A stretch of 63,515 bases of DNA, counting the filler, from an uncultured virus (IMG/VR IMGVR_UViG_2049941000_000851) (Duplodnaviria > Heunggongvirae > Uroviricota > Caudoviricetes). It is 11 parts of one record of this genome, joined end to end, with 100 filler letters (N's around TTAATTAATTAA, not from the genome) between each part and the next. Parts side by side here need not be neighbours in the genome. Positions count along the whole stretch, not along the records: positions 46,004 to 49,052 come from IMGVR_UViG_2049941000_000851; positions 49,153 to 51,218 come from IMGVR_UViG_2049941000_000851; positions 51,319 to 61,651 come from IMGVR_UViG_2049941000_000851; 8 more parts are not named here. One strand, given 5' to 3'. Positions 47,641-59,447 of the stretch are shown piece after piece. The translations under genes and the position numbers were made by a program. Positions within the stretch are counted from its first letter, which is position 1; every line of letters starts with the position of its first letter. The notes below the pieces were generated by a model. The model was not told where the DNA came from, did not search any database, and worked only from the letters and a program-made list of their open reading frames with translations.

Positions 47641-48022
47641 CGGGCCCCCCCCCCCCGCCCGGGGGGNNNNNNNNNNNNNNNNNNNNNNNNNNNNNNNNNN
47701 NNNNNNNNNNNNNNNNNNNNNNNNNNNNNNNNNNNNNNNNNNNNNNNNNNNNNNNNNNNNNNNNNNNNNNNNNNNNNNNNNNNNNNNNNNNNNNNNNNNN
47801 NNNNNNNNNNNNNNNNNNNNNNNNNNNNNNNNNNNNNNNNNNNNNNNNNNNNNNNNNNNNNNNNNNNNNNNNNNNNNNNNNNNNNNNNNNNNNNNNNNNN
47901 NNNNNNNNNNNNNNNNNNNNNNNNNNNNNNNNNNNNNNNNNNNNNNNNNNNNNNNNNNNNNNNNNNNNNNNNNNNNNNNNNNNNNNNNNNNNNNNNNNNN
48001 NNNNNNNNNNNNNNNNNNNNNN

Positions 48023-48644
48023 CGTCCTGCTCCAGTTCGCTGATGGCTGTTTCGATTTGAAAGCGGATGTCAGACTCGGTGATGGTGGCGGGGTACTTTT
48101 TCATGGGTGCCTCCTTAATTCAAAAGCTGTGCGCGCAGGCGCTTTATGAGCCTGTCGCTCTCGCGATGTGTCGGGCCTACGATTTCGAGGTCGTTGCGGC
48201 CGTTGACGGTGGCCATCAGGATTTCGAAGAGTTCCGTCTTGAAGTCCGGGGCTGTGTTTTCCGGGTCTTCTGCCCGGCTCTCCATCCAGTCCCTGCGGAT
48301 TTGAGAGAGTGTGTAAACGCACTCGTCGTTGAGGTCCTTGAACGTCATTCTGTGTGCCTCCTTCCGATTCAGGAGCCGCCGCTTCAGCGGCTCCGCACAA
48401 TGGTCAGCTGGAATTCTCTGCCGTCCGGCAGGGCGATTACCAAGCCCTTGTTGTAGGTCAGTACCCCGGCCTCCTCAAAAGTGTTCACGCGCAGGTTCTC
48501 CCAGCAGATTTCAGAGCTGTCGTACCCATCAGTGATGAGCTCCCGCAGGGCGTCCTGCAGTGTGCTTTCGTCGAGCTCTTCCTCGACGAGCTGTTGCTCA
48601 TTGTCGTAGTTGCTGTCGTAGTTGTCGTCGTAGTTGTATGCCAT
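48023..48644 (-). CDS. Three small hypothetical proteins downstream of the amidoligase
   Basis: ORFs 48384-48644, 48115-48348 and from 48104, each with an SD. Confidence 0.6.
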
Positions 48645-48764
48645 GGTGTGTTCCTTTCCGGGCTGTGCCCTGTGTTTTTCTGCGGCTTCCCGCGACCGGG
48701 TTGTGTGCCCGGTTTCGGCCGGATGCCGTCCGGCGCTCGTCAGGCGGGTGTGCTTCGGCCGGGC

Positions 48765-49052
48765 TCAGGCCGTGCGGCGCTGTGTTTCCGCGCCGTTCCT
48801 CCAGGCCGCGTTGCCGGGCAGGTGCTTGAGGAGGTGTGTCCGGGCGGTCTTGAACTCCTCGCCGTTCAGGCCGAGCCTGAGGAGCCAGCACCGGAAGGTG
48901 TACGCCGGGTTGTCGGTGGTCGGCGGGGTCGGGCTGGCGGTGCTGACCGTCAGGGCTTGGTGGCTTACCGCCATGCAAAGCTGTATGTAGGCCTTTATCT
49001 CTCCGGCGTGGAGCGTGCTGTTGAAAGCCCGGAACTCGATGGTGCCTTTCTG
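48765..49052 (-). CDS. Putative amidoligase C-terminus (N-part at 46004-46172)
   Basis: SCGIHVHIG; GTIEFRAFNST; NPAYTFRCWLLRLG. Confidence 0.85.
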   Translation of the reverse strand, partial: QKGTIEFRAFNSTLHAGEIKAYIQLCMAVSHQALTVSTASPTPPTTDNPAYTFRCWLLRLGLNGEEFKTARTHLLKHLPGNAAWRNGAETQRRTA

Positions 49053-49151
49053 NNNNNNNNNNNNNNNNNNNNNNNNNNNNNNNNNNNNNNNNNNNNTTAA
49101 TTAATTAANNNNNNNNNNNNNNNNNNNNNNNNNNNNNNNNNNNNNNNNNNN

Positions 49152-50220
49152 NAAGACACATTGAAATTGCGTGTTCGCCGCGATCATGTGATGTATGATA
49201 AATGGGAAAAGCTGGGGTTCCTGCATACGACAGAAGGCAATGTGGTGCATTACGGGTTCATAGAGCAGTACATCCTTCAGCTGGGCGAACGGTTCAACAT
49301 CCGGGAGATCGCCTACGATCGCTGGAACGCCGCGATGATGGTGCAGGCGTTGGAAGACGANNNNNNNNNNNNNNNNNNNNNNNNNNNNNNNNNNNNNNNN
49401 NNNNNNNNNNNNNNNNNNNNNNNNNNNNNNNNNNNNNNNNNNNNNNNNNNNNNNNNNNNNNNNNNNNNNNNNNNNNNNNNNNNNNNNNNNNNNNNNNNNN
49501 NNNNNNNNNNNNNNNNNNNNNNNNNNNNNNNNNNNNNNNNNNNNNNNNNNNNNNNNNNNNNNNNNNNNNNNNNNNNNNNNNNNNNNNNNNNNNNNNNNNN
49601 NNNNNNNNNNNNNNNNNNNNNNNNNNNNNNNNNNNNNNNNNNNNNNNNNNNNNNNNNNNNCTCAGTTCCTGGAGACCCGGAAATTCCAGGTAGAGGAAAT
49701 CTGCCGAATCTACCGTGTTCCGCCGCATATGATCGGGGATCTGGAGCACGCTACTTTCTCGAACATCGAGCATGTGCGACCGGAAATGTCGCTACTGAAA
49801 AGCAAACTAAGGTANNNNNNNNNNTCTCAAGTACCAGCGACCTGACCGCTATGGTGCTGGTGTTCCCGCCAGTGGACAATGATGATAAATACATCATCGT
49901 ACCCCACTTCTGGCTACCGAAAGATACGCTGAAGCTCAGGGTGCGGCGGGATCACGTGATGTACGATAAATGGGAAAAGCTGGGTTTCCTGCATACGACC
50001 GAAGGCAATGTGGTGCATTACGGCTTCATAGAACAGTATATCCTTCAGCTCGGCGAGCGGTTCAACATACGGGAGATCGCCTACGACCGCTGGAACGCCG
50101 CCATGATGGTGCAGGCACTGCAGGATGACGGTTTCACCATGGTTCCGTTNNNNNNNNNNCATGAAGAGTCAAGGTGGCGAATCCGTCTACAATGAAAGAG
50201 GATTTCTTGTCCTCGGATAG
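49152..50220 (+). CDS. Terminase large subunit, nuclease-domain fragments from two alleles
   Basis: SSTSDLTA, PHFWLP, EIAYDRWNA; ends SVYNERGFLVLG* at 50220. Confidence 0.88.
49661..49814 (+). mobile_element. Second portal allele with group II intron 5' junction at 49774
   Basis: FSNIEH then GTGCGACCGGAAATGTCG..., 41 nt identical to 52546 onward. Confidence 0.9.
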
Positions 50221-50228
50221 GAGGTATC

Positions 50229-50506
50229 ATGCCGAACAAACCGAAACGACCCTGCCGCTATCCCGGTTGTCCGGGTTTCTGCGAGCAGGGCCAGGTATTC
50301 TGCAAGGAGCACATGGCTTGGAGCAGTGACCGGCTGCGCGGCGGAGCGGATGCCCGCGGGTATGACGCCCGTTGGCGAACGGCGAGGAAGCGGTTTCTGC
50401 GCTATCACCCGCTGTGCGTGGAGTGCATGAAGAAGAACAAACTGACTCCTGCAACGGTGGTCGATCACATCATTCCGCACAGAGGAGACCAAGGTCTGTT
50501 TTGGGA
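50229..50506 (+). CDS. Terminase-associated HNH endonuclease
   Basis: PCRYPGC, RGYDARW, PLCVEC, VVDHIIPHRGD. Confidence 0.9.
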
Positions 50507-50516
50507 NNNNNNNNNN

Positions 50517-50976
50517 GCTCAAGGTACTTGAAGGCGACAGGGGCAAAGGCAGGCGGCCGTTGAACAGGGATGAGCCGGTCCCACCCCAGAATGATATCAA
50601 ATGCCCGGACTGGCTGCTGCCCGAGGCAAAAAAAGAATGGAAGCGCCTGGCGTCCTCGCTGATCGCGATGGGCGTGCTGACCGAGCATGACATGGAAGCC
50701 TTTGCAGGATATTGTCAGGCATACGCGAGATGGCGTGAAGCAGAGGAGTTCCTGTCCCAGCACGGGACCATTTTTAAGACGCCTTCCGGTTATGTGCAGC
50801 AGGTACCGCAGGTCAGTATTGCTATGCAGAACCTGAAAATCATGCAGTCGTTTTGCTCGGAGTTTGGGCTGACCCCGGCGTCGCGTGCAAGGTTGTATGC
50901 GAACGCTGGAGATCAGAACACCGAGGACGATCCCATGGAGCAGGTGTTCAGCGGAGGCTGGCGGGATGTTCAGTGA
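50517..50976 (+). CDS. Terminase small subunit, P27 family
   Basis: CPDWLLPEAKKEW, YCQAY, EFGLTPASR. Confidence 0.92.
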
Positions 50977-51218
50977 AGCCAAGGCCCGCCGGGTCACGCA
51001 GTTCATTGAGTGCCTGAAACACACCAAAGGCGAATTCCACGGAAAGCCTTTTAAGCTGCTGCCCTGGCAGGAAAAGATCATAAGGGATGTATTTGGCACG
51101 GTTCGGGACGAGGATCCTACCATGCGGCAGTATAACACCGCATACATAGAAATCCCCAAAAAGAACGGTAAAAGTGAGCTGGGCGCAGCCGTCGCGCTCA
51201 ATATGCTCTGCAACGACG
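50966..51218 (+). CDS. Terminase large subunit N-terminus, no intein at Walker A
   Basis: LLPWQ, EIPKKNGKSEL. Confidence 0.92.
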
Positions 51219-51319
51219 NNNNNNNNNNNNNNNNNNNNNNNNNNNNNNNNNNNNNNNNNNNNTTAATTAATTAANNNNNNNNNNNNNNNNNNNNNNNNNN
51301 NNNNNNNNNNNNNNNNNNA

Positions 51320-51983
51320 CAGCGAAGAGATGCGAAAAGCCATACAGCTGCTGGACGAAGTGAAAGAAAGTATCATAAACGCCTACCAAATCAAGACGGG
51401 TCTGAGCCGTGCAAAGCTCTCTCACCTCATGGACAGCGAGACCTGGATGAACGCGAAGAAGGCGAAAGAGCTTGGCTTCTGCGACGAGATCCTGTATACC
51501 GGAGAAAACGAACTGCCTGACGAGGTGTCGGGCTTTTCTTTTGGCCGCAGAGCAGCGGCCGCCTGTCTCATGAACCGGGTGATTGCCGCGCTGCCCAAGC
51601 TAGAACCCGAGCATCCGCCCGATCCTGAACCCATCCCCGAACCACAATCCGAACCTACACCTGAACCAATACCCGACAATCGGGTGAAAGCGGCGGACCT
51701 TGAGAAGAGGCTGTCGCTTTTGAAATAAAAACAAGGAGAAAAACGATATGAATCAGATCCTTACATTGCGCGAAAAGCGCGCCAATCTGTGGAACGAGAC
51801 CAAGGCTTTCCTGGACAGCCACCGCGGCGAGGACGGCATGGTCTCCGCTGAAGACAACGCTACCTACGAAAAGATGGAGGCTGACGTCGTAGCGCTCGGC
51901 AAAGAGATCGAGCGCCTGGAACGCCAAGCCGCCATTGACCGTGAACTTGACCAGCCAACCGCGTCGCCGCTGGTCTCCCGGCC
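51320..51983 (+). CDS. Clp head protease C-terminus and capsid N-terminus of a more distant phage
   Basis: MDSETWMNAKKAKELGFCDEI; MNQILTLREKRANLW. Confidence 0.8.
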
Positions 51984-51993
51984 NNNNNNNNNN

Positions 51994-54900
51994 CGGGCAG
52001 ACTGTGCTGCTGGCTCCAGAAGAGGTGCTTCACATCCCCGGCCTCGGTTTCGACGGCGTTATGGGCTACAGTCCCATCGCGCTGGAAAAGAACGCTATCG
52101 GCCTGGGCATCGCTTCTGAGGAATATGGCAGTAAGTTCTTCTCCAACGGCGCGCGGCCTTCCGGTAGGCGCAGCCTACTACTTCATTTTGCATCCATATA
52201 TACTCAACACACTTGATTGGTTGGCAAACAACCTTGCGTTTTCATTCGTGATCGGCTATTTCTTNNNNNNNNNNTCCTTCCGGTATCCTGACGCACCCGA
52301 ACACGGTCAAGAATCCAAAAGCGCTCAGGGAGAGCTGGAACGCGGCTTACGGTGGTTCGTCCAATGCCAACCGCGTGGCAATCCTCGAAGAAGGGATGCG
52401 CTTCGAACCCATCGCGATCCCCAACAACGAAGCGCAGTTTCTCGAGACCCGGAAGTTTCAGGTGGACGAGATCTGCCGCATATTTCGTGTACCTCCGCAT
52501 CTCGTGGGCGATCTGGAGCACGCTACGTTTTCGAACATCGAGCACGTGCGACCGGAAATGTCGCTACTGAAAAGCAAACTAAGGTAATGCGCCGCACATC
52601 AGAGCGGCAGTCAACCTGCCTCACCGCAAGGCGAAAGCCGGATGCAGAGCAATCTGCTGCGGGAACATAGCACGGCAGGAAAGCGGATAACGCGAAAGGA
52701 TATTCAGCGAACAAGGTCCGCAATGACAAAGAAGCATAAGGATAAGGCTGGATTGCCAAAGCAAAGGTTCGTCCCTCTTATGTTGAGGATGCGGAAATTA
52801 TCCTGAAACCGCATTTGTGGCAAACCATGGATACGGTGTTCGTCCATGGGTCTGATAAATAAACGCCACATGACACGCACGAGATTGTGATGAAAGAACC
52901 AAAATGCTATCCGACAGCTTCTACACCTATCAGTAGCGGTAACCGGTGATGACCTAAATGGGCATGCCGCCACAAAGGCGGCTATGGCAGAGGTCTGAAT
53001 AGCCCACATGGTTACGGAACACCCATAGTAGTCTGAGATGGGTAACGCCCATTACATGGCGAAGGGGTGTAGTAAATTCATTCCAAAATGGGAAGATGAA
53101 GGGGAGGAGAAACCTCAATGAATCCAACATCAGAAGTTTTGGAGCGTATCAACAGGAGTTCCAATCAACATCATGATGGGGTCTTCACAAGGCTCTATCG
53201 CTATCTTCTGAGGGAAGATATCTACTATGCGGCTTACCAAAAGCTGTACAGTAACAAGGGTTCAGTAACCAAAGGGGTCGATGATGATACGGCAGATGGA
53301 TTCGGGGACGAATACGTTGCGTCAATCATCGAAGACCTGAAGAACGAAACATTTAAGCCCAAGCCGGTCAGGAGAAAGTATATCCTGAAAGCCAATGGAA
53401 AGCAACGCCCGCTGGGGATTCCATCCTTCCGGGACAAGTTGGTACAGGAAGCGGTCAGAATGATACTGGAAGCTATCTATGAGCCTGTGTTCTACGACCA
53501 GTCTCATGGCTTCCGGCCTAATCGGAGTTGCCACACGGCCTTGAAACAGATCAAGATTGATTTTCATGGCGCAAAATGGTTCATAGAGGGCGACATCAGA
53601 GGATGCTTTGATAACATTAACCACAATGTACTCATTGCTACCCTGGGGAAGAAGATAAAGGACAGTAAATTCCTGAATCTTATAAGGTTATTCCTGAAAG
53701 CTGGGTATGTGGAGGACTTTGAATATCATTCCACGATATCGGGAACTCCACAAGGAGGAATTATTTCTCCCATACTGGCCAATATCTACCTGCATGAACT
53801 GGATGCTAAGGTGATGGAAATCAAAGCCGGTTTCGACTGCCCTTCATCCCGAAGCCAAACGAAGGAATACGTGCATCTGCACACAATAAAGCAGACGTTA
53901 CGGAAGAAAATCGGCGTGGCACAGGGAGAAGAACGGGAAGAATTAATCCGCCAATACAAGGAAGCGGACAAGGCAATGAAATCTACCCCCGCCAAGTGTC
54001 AGGACGATAAGAAGATCGTCTATGTGCGCTATGCGGATGATTTCCTGATCGGCGTTTTCGGATCCCGCAAGGATGCAGAAAGCATAAAGGCCGCTCTGAA
54101 GCAGTTCCTTGCGGATGAATATACGTTGGAACTGAGTGAAGAGAAAACGAAGATCACGCACACGTCGGAACGCGTCCGATTCCTCGGATACGATATAGCG
54201 GTGCGTAGAGACCAAACCTTAAAACGTAGAAAAGACGGAAGAACAGGCAGAACCCTCCTGAACACCGTCGAGTTGACTGCACCCCTCGAAGATAAGGTAA
54301 CAAAGTATCTGTTTGCCCATGAGTTGGTAGCACAGACGCCAGAGGGCAAAATCATACCGATTTCCGTCCCGAGACTGCGCTATCTCCCAGAGGCAGATAT
54401 CGTCAGAAGTTTTGATGCGCAATTCAGAGGTATTTGCAATTATTACCGTCTGGCGGCAAATTACGACAGGCTGATTTTCCTCCAATACATCATGGAATAC
54501 AGCTGTCTGAAAACTTTGGCATCTAAGTTCGACACCACCATCTCAAAGCTGATTAAGAAATATCGGATTAAGGGTGGGTGGGGAATCCCCTACAAGACCA
54601 GAAAAGGTGAAGGGATTGCGAAGATGTCGAAGTTGGCGGACTGTCGTAACGGGAAGCTTTGTATTGATGTTAATCCCTGGTCTTATGTTTCCTACAGAGA
54701 TGGCGCTCTTTCAATACAGAAAAGGCTCTCAACTCACACATGCGAGCTTTGCGGAACGTACTGTGAGCATGTGAAAGTATACCATGCAGGCAGCATGAAG
54801 GAGCTTGATCTGGCTACGCCGTGGGGAGCGAAGATGAAGGCTATTCGGCGCAAAACGCTGGTAGTCTGCGGTGATTGCTATGAACGCATTCACAGNNNNN

Positions 54901-55534
54901 NNNNNNNNNNNNNNNNNNNNNNNNNNNNNNNNNNNNNNNNNNNNNNNNNNNNNNNNNNNNNNNNNNNNNNNNNNNNNNNNNNNNNNNNNNNNNNNNNNNN
55001 NNNNNNNNNNNNNNNNNNNNNNNNNNNNNNNNNNNNNNNNNNNNNNNNNNNNNNNNNNNNNNNNNNNNNNNNNNNNNNNNNNNNNNNNNNNNNNNNNNNN
55101 NNNNNNNNNNNNNNNNNNNNNNNTCCGGTTCTGGAGGGGGTATACGCAAACCTATCGTCGTAAGGCGATAAGGCGGCATGTACCTACCTCACCAGTCCAT
55201 TGATTTCGCCGTGCACTGCATACGGCCATGGCTTGTACGAATCGAACAGTCCATAAACCGGGCGCTCTTTTCCGAACAGGAGAAAGGGCGTTTCTATTGT
55301 CAGTTCAATCTTGACGGACTCATGCGCGGCTCATATAAGGAGCGCATGGAAGGTTATGCAATAGGTCGTCAAAACGGCTTTCTGTCCGCCAACGACATCC
55401 GGCGACTGGAGAATCAGAATCCGATCCCGGCGTCTGAGGGTGGCGATGCCTATCTCGTGAACGGGAATATGCTTGCAATTTCAACCATACTCCAAAACCG
55501 GAGCAAAGAACAGAAATCAGGTGATAACAATTGA
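51994..55534 (+). CDS. HK97-family portal protein interrupted by a group II intron (other 3' exon allele at 58324-58657)
   Basis: EVLHI...GYSPI, FFSNGARPSG, ICRIFRVPPHL, FSNIEH|QSIDFAVHCIRPW. Confidence 0.92.
52546..55192 (+). mobile_element. Group IIA (Ll.LtrB-like) intron
   Basis: 5' GTGCG, 3' CCTACCTCAC, D5/D6 at 55124-55192, EBS2 52780-52784, EBS1 52836-52841. Confidence 0.95.
53118..54895 (+). CDS. ltrA: Intron-encoded RT/maturase with C-terminal En-like domain (stop in gap; about 598 aa judged from copy 2)
   Basis: FTRLYRYLLREDIY, RPLGIP, GTPQGGIISP, RYADD, CELCG...TLVVC. Confidence 0.95.
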
Positions 55535-56376
55535 GAGAAATACAACTAAACGGCTACATCGACGATGAGGTGTGGTTCGGTGATGAGATTACGCCGGATG
55601 CGCTGCACGATCTGTTGTATGCCGAGCGCAAGGACAGGACGGATGATGTTCATATCAGGCTCAACTCCTATGGCGGTTCCTGCAATGCAGCCGTCCGCAT
55701 GCATGATGACCTGGTGGCTTATCCGGGAAAGGTGACCATCACGGTCTCGGGCACGGCTGCCTCCGCTGCTACAGTACTGTGCATGGCTGCGGACAGGCTG
55801 GAGATGACGCCGGGTTCGCTTTGGATGATCCACGATCCATCGATCATAGCTATGGGCAATATCCTCGACCTGAAAGACGCGATCCGTCTTTTGGAAGTCT
55901 GTAAGGAATCCATCCTGAATGTCTATGAGCGTCGCATCAAGATTACCCGTGAACAGGCCGGAACGCTCATGGCAAAGACCACCTGGATGGATGCACAGAA
56001 GGCGCTTGAAGACGGCTTTATCGATGAAATCCTGAGTGTGCGACAGGCAGGCCCAAGCGATTGTGTCGTTTCACAGGCCGATGCCGAAAAGAAAGTGACT
56101 GCGTGGCTGGACAGGCACAGAATCAGCGCGTCGGCAATCGTGGAACGTCCGCATAGGAAGGCCGGAGTGCTCACGGAGACGGATGCGTCGCCCAAGCCAA
56201 CGGTGGCGGACGAAGAAGCTTCTGCTCCGTTGGACGACGACAATAACAACAGCGAACACAACAGCGATGAACCCAACCCCATGCCACAAGGTACCCCAAT
56301 CAGTCAGCTGCAGAAGCGGCTGGCTTTAATTATGCCCTCAGAGGCGAAACGAAAAGGAGAAGACACCCATGAGTAA
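55531..56376 (+). CDS. ClpP-like head maturation protease (second allele from 58654)
   Basis: LNSYGG, AASAAT, MIHDP, TWMDAQKALEDGFIDEI. Confidence 0.92.
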   Translation: MREIQLNGYIDDEVWFGDEITPDALHDLLYAERKDRTDDVHIRLNSYGGSCNAAVRMHDDLVAYPGKVTITVSGTAASAATVLCMAADRLEMTPGSLWMIHDPSIIAMGNILDLKDAIRLLEVCKESILNVYERRIKITREQAGTLMAKTTWMDAQKALEDGFIDEILSVRQAGPSDCVVSQADAEKKVTAWLDRHRISASAIVERPHRKAGVLTETDASPKPTVADEEASAPLDDDNNNSEHNSDEPNPMPQGTPISQLQKRLALIMPSEAKRKGEDTHE

Positions 56377-57571
56377 GATCCAGGACATGAGAATCAAGCG
56401 CGGCGAGATCTGGGACCAGGCAAAAGCCTTCCTCGACGCGCACCAGGACGAGAACGGCGTCATGAGCGCCGAAGACACCCAGACCTATGAGAAAATGGAA
56501 CAGGATGTGGTCGATCTCGGCCACGCCATCGACCGGCTCGAACGTGCGGAGCAGATGGACAGGGAGATGAACGTCGACGCTGTCAATCCCGCTCTCGTAG
56601 GCAGGCCCGAAAAACCGGACCGTCAGGATACCCGCCGAGGTATTGCCAGCGACGCCTACAAGAAGGCGTTCTGGGCACAGCTGCGCGGCCGCACGTCCTA
56701 CGAGATCCGTGATGCCCTGCAGGTGGGCGAGCTGTCCGAGGGCGGCTATACTGTTCCGAATGAGTTTGAGCACCAGCTGGTAGAAGCGCTGCAAGAAGAG
56801 AACATCATGCGTGGGCTGGTGCACGTGATCACCACGGCGTCGGGTGACCGGAAGATCCCGCTGGTGACGAATTATGGCAACGCCAGCTGGGTCGAAGAGG
56901 AGAATCCGATCCCCGAGACGGATGTGGCATTCGGGCAGGTCTCCCTGGGCGCACATAAGCTGGCTACCGCCATCCGCATTAGCCAGGAATTGCTCCAGGA
57001 CTCCGCCTTCGATATGGCATCGTTCATCACCCACGAGTTCCAGCGCAGGGCCGGCGCAGCGGAAGAAGAGGCCATCATCTCCGGCGACGGCTCCCACAAG
57101 CCCATTGGCTTGCTGCACGCCACGCTGGGCGCGCAGGTGGGTGTGACCACCGCGTCCTCCACGGCGATCACCGCAGATGAGATGATCGACCTGCAGCACA
57201 GTCTGAAGAGCGGCTACCGCAGAAAGGCCGCGTTCATCATGAACGACGCCGCCATCAAGGCGCTGCGCAAGCTGAAGGACGGACAAGGACAGTATCTGTG
57301 GCAGCCCTCCATCCGGGAAGGCGTACCGGACATGATCCTGAACACCCGGGTATATATGTCGAACTATATGCCCCTAGTGGAAGCGGGCAACAAAGTGGTA
57401 CTGTACGGCGACTACAGCTACTACTGGCTGGCCGACCGTGCAGGCAGGACCCTGCAGCGGCTGAACGAACTGTATGCCATGACCGATCAGATCGGCTTTA
57501 AACTGACGGAGCGTCTTGATGGACGCCTGATTCTGCCCGAAGCCGTGAAGGTCCTGCAGATGAAAGCGTAA
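56369..57571 (+). CDS. HK97-fold major capsid protein
   Basis: EGGYTVP, ISQELLQDS, LKDGQGQYLWQP, GDYSYY, RLDG. Confidence 0.95.
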   Translation: MSKIQDMRIKRGEIWDQAKAFLDAHQDENGVMSAEDTQTYEKMEQDVVDLGHAIDRLERAEQMDREMNVDAVNPALVGRPEKPDRQDTRRGIASDAYKKAFWAQLRGRTSYEIRDALQVGELSEGGYTVPNEFEHQLVEALQEENIMRGLVHVITTASGDRKIPLVTNYGNASWVEEENPIPETDVAFGQVSLGAHKLATAIRISQELLQDSAFDMASFITHEFQRRAGAAEEEAIISGDGSHKPIGLLHATLGAQVGVTTASSTAITADEMIDLQHSLKSGYRRKAAFIMNDAAIKALRKLKDGQGQYLWQPSIREGVPDMILNTRVYMSNYMPLVEAGNKVVLYGDYSYYWLADRAGRTLQRLNELYAMTDQIGFKLTERLDGRLILPEAVKVLQMKA

Positions 57572-57801
57572 GTACCTGAGAGAGAAATGTGAGGCGGGCC
57601 AGTCAGCATAAGGCCGGTCCGCCGGAAAGGAAAAAGAAATGCCCAATACACACATCACGAAAAACTATGCCGCACATGGCGGAGACGAGTGGGTCATCGG
57701 CGGGAAACTCACCTTCCTCGAAGGCGCGANNNNNNNNNNTGAGGGAGGAATTAATGGCGAACCGGTCAGCATAAAGCCGGTTCGCCGGAAAGGGAAAAGA
57801 T

Positions 57802-58156
57802 ATGTCCAATACACATACTACCAAAAACTACTTTGCCCACGGCGGAGATACCCTTGTGATCGGCGGCAAGCTGACCTTTCTCGACGGCGCGACGGTCGAG
57901 GGCGGCGAAGGCCTGTTTGACAGTGAAACGGAAAACACGATCACTCCCGCGGCTTACCAGGCGGACAGCACCGCGTCCAGTTATACCGCGCTGAAGGAAG
58001 ACTTCAACGCCCTGCTGGCAAAACTCCGCGCCGCCGGGCTCATGGAGGCGACCGCGCCTGCCGAGACGCCAGCCCCCGAGGAAACGCCCGGCGAGGGTGA
58101 AGGCGGCGGTACCTGATGCTCATAAGCCTTGAGGAAGCCAAGACGCACCTGCGCAT
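57802..58156 (+). CDS. Head fibre/decoration protein, then head-tail connector start (58116)
   Basis: KNY..GGD.LVIGGKL, DFNALLAKLRAAGLM; MLISLEEAKTHLR; allele fragment at 57639-57728. Confidence 0.75.
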
Positions 58157-59447
58157 NNNNNNNNNNGGATGATGTGTACGACCATTATCCCGCCGACCGG
58201 CTGATGGTGGACATCCCCATCGCCCTGATGGCTGTGCAGACGGCGACGACAGAGGCCCTGTCCGAATTCCCTATGAAGCCGACAGCGACGGAAACGAAGA
58301 GCGACTGACGCTGNNNNNNNNNNCGATTTTGCGGTGCATTGCATACGGCCGTGGCTGGTACGAATTGAACAGTCTATAAACAGAGCGCTCTTTTCGGAAA
58401 AGGAAAAAGGGCGCTTTTACTGTCAATTCAATCTGGACGGGCTGATGCGCGGTTCATATAAGGAGCGTATGGAGGGCTATGCCATTGGACGGCAAAACGG
58501 TTTCCTGTCCGCTAACGACATCAGACGATTGGAGAATCAGAACCCGATCCCGGCATCAGAGGGAGGAGATGCTTACCTCGTGAATGGGAACATGCTTGCC
58601 ATATCAACCATACTTTCCAACGGGAGTAAAGAACAGAAATCAGGTGATAACAATTGAGAGAAATACAACTAAATGGCTACATAGACGATGAGGTGTGGTT
58701 CGGCGATGAGATCACGCCGGACGCACTTCATGATTTGCTGTATGCCGAAACCAAGGATCACACCGAGGATGTGCATATACGCCTGAACTCTTACGGGGGT
58801 TCGTGCAACGCGGCTGTACGAATGCACGATGATCTGGCGGCGTATCCCGGAAAGGTGATCATAACCATCTCAGGCACGGCTGCTTCCGCGGCGACGGTAT
58901 TTTGCATGGCTGCGGATCAACTGGAAATGACGCCCGGGTCGCTGTGGATGATCCACGATCCGTCCATCATTGCAATGGGCAACGTGCATGACCTGAAGGA
59001 TGCCATCCATTTGCTCGAGGCTTGCAAGNNNNNNNNNNNNNNNNNNNNNNNNNNNNNNNNNNNNNNNNNNNNNNNNNNNNNNNNNNNNNNNNNNNNNNNN
59101 NNNNNNNNNNNNNNNNNNNNNNNNNNNNNNNNNNNNNNNNNNNNNNNNNNNNNNNNNNNNNNNNNNNNNNNNNNNNNNNNNNNNNNNNNNNNNNNNNNNN
59201 NNNNNNNNNNNNNNNNNNNNNNNNNNNNNNNNNNNNNNNNNNNNNNNNNNNNNNNNNNNNNNNNNNNNNNNNNNNNNNNNNNNNNNNNNNNNNNNNNNNN
59301 NNNNNNNNNNNNNNNNNNNNNNNNNNNNNNNNNNNNNNNNNNNNNNNNNNNNNNNNNNNNNNNNNNNNNNNNNNNNNNNNNNNNNNNNNNNNNNNNNNNN
59401 NNNNNNNNNNNNNNNNNNNNNNNNNNNNNNNNNNNNCTTTAAAGACT

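Noticed and set aside
47641..47666. Poly-C/poly-G stretch
   Set aside because: Low-quality contig end.
48598..48640. 12-bp periodic GTCGTAGTTG repeats
   Set aside because: Encode NYD repeats at a protein N-terminus; too short for an array.
53118..54895. RT in a prophage as a possible DGR, retron or Abi RT
   Set aside because: LtrA-like sequence, YADD and complete intron boundaries identify a group II intron; no TR/VR pair seen.
56330..57286. Long antisense ORFs over the capsid and R-M genes
   Set aside because: Shadow frames of GC3-rich genes with no recognisable motifs, unlike the HNH frame in the polA intein.
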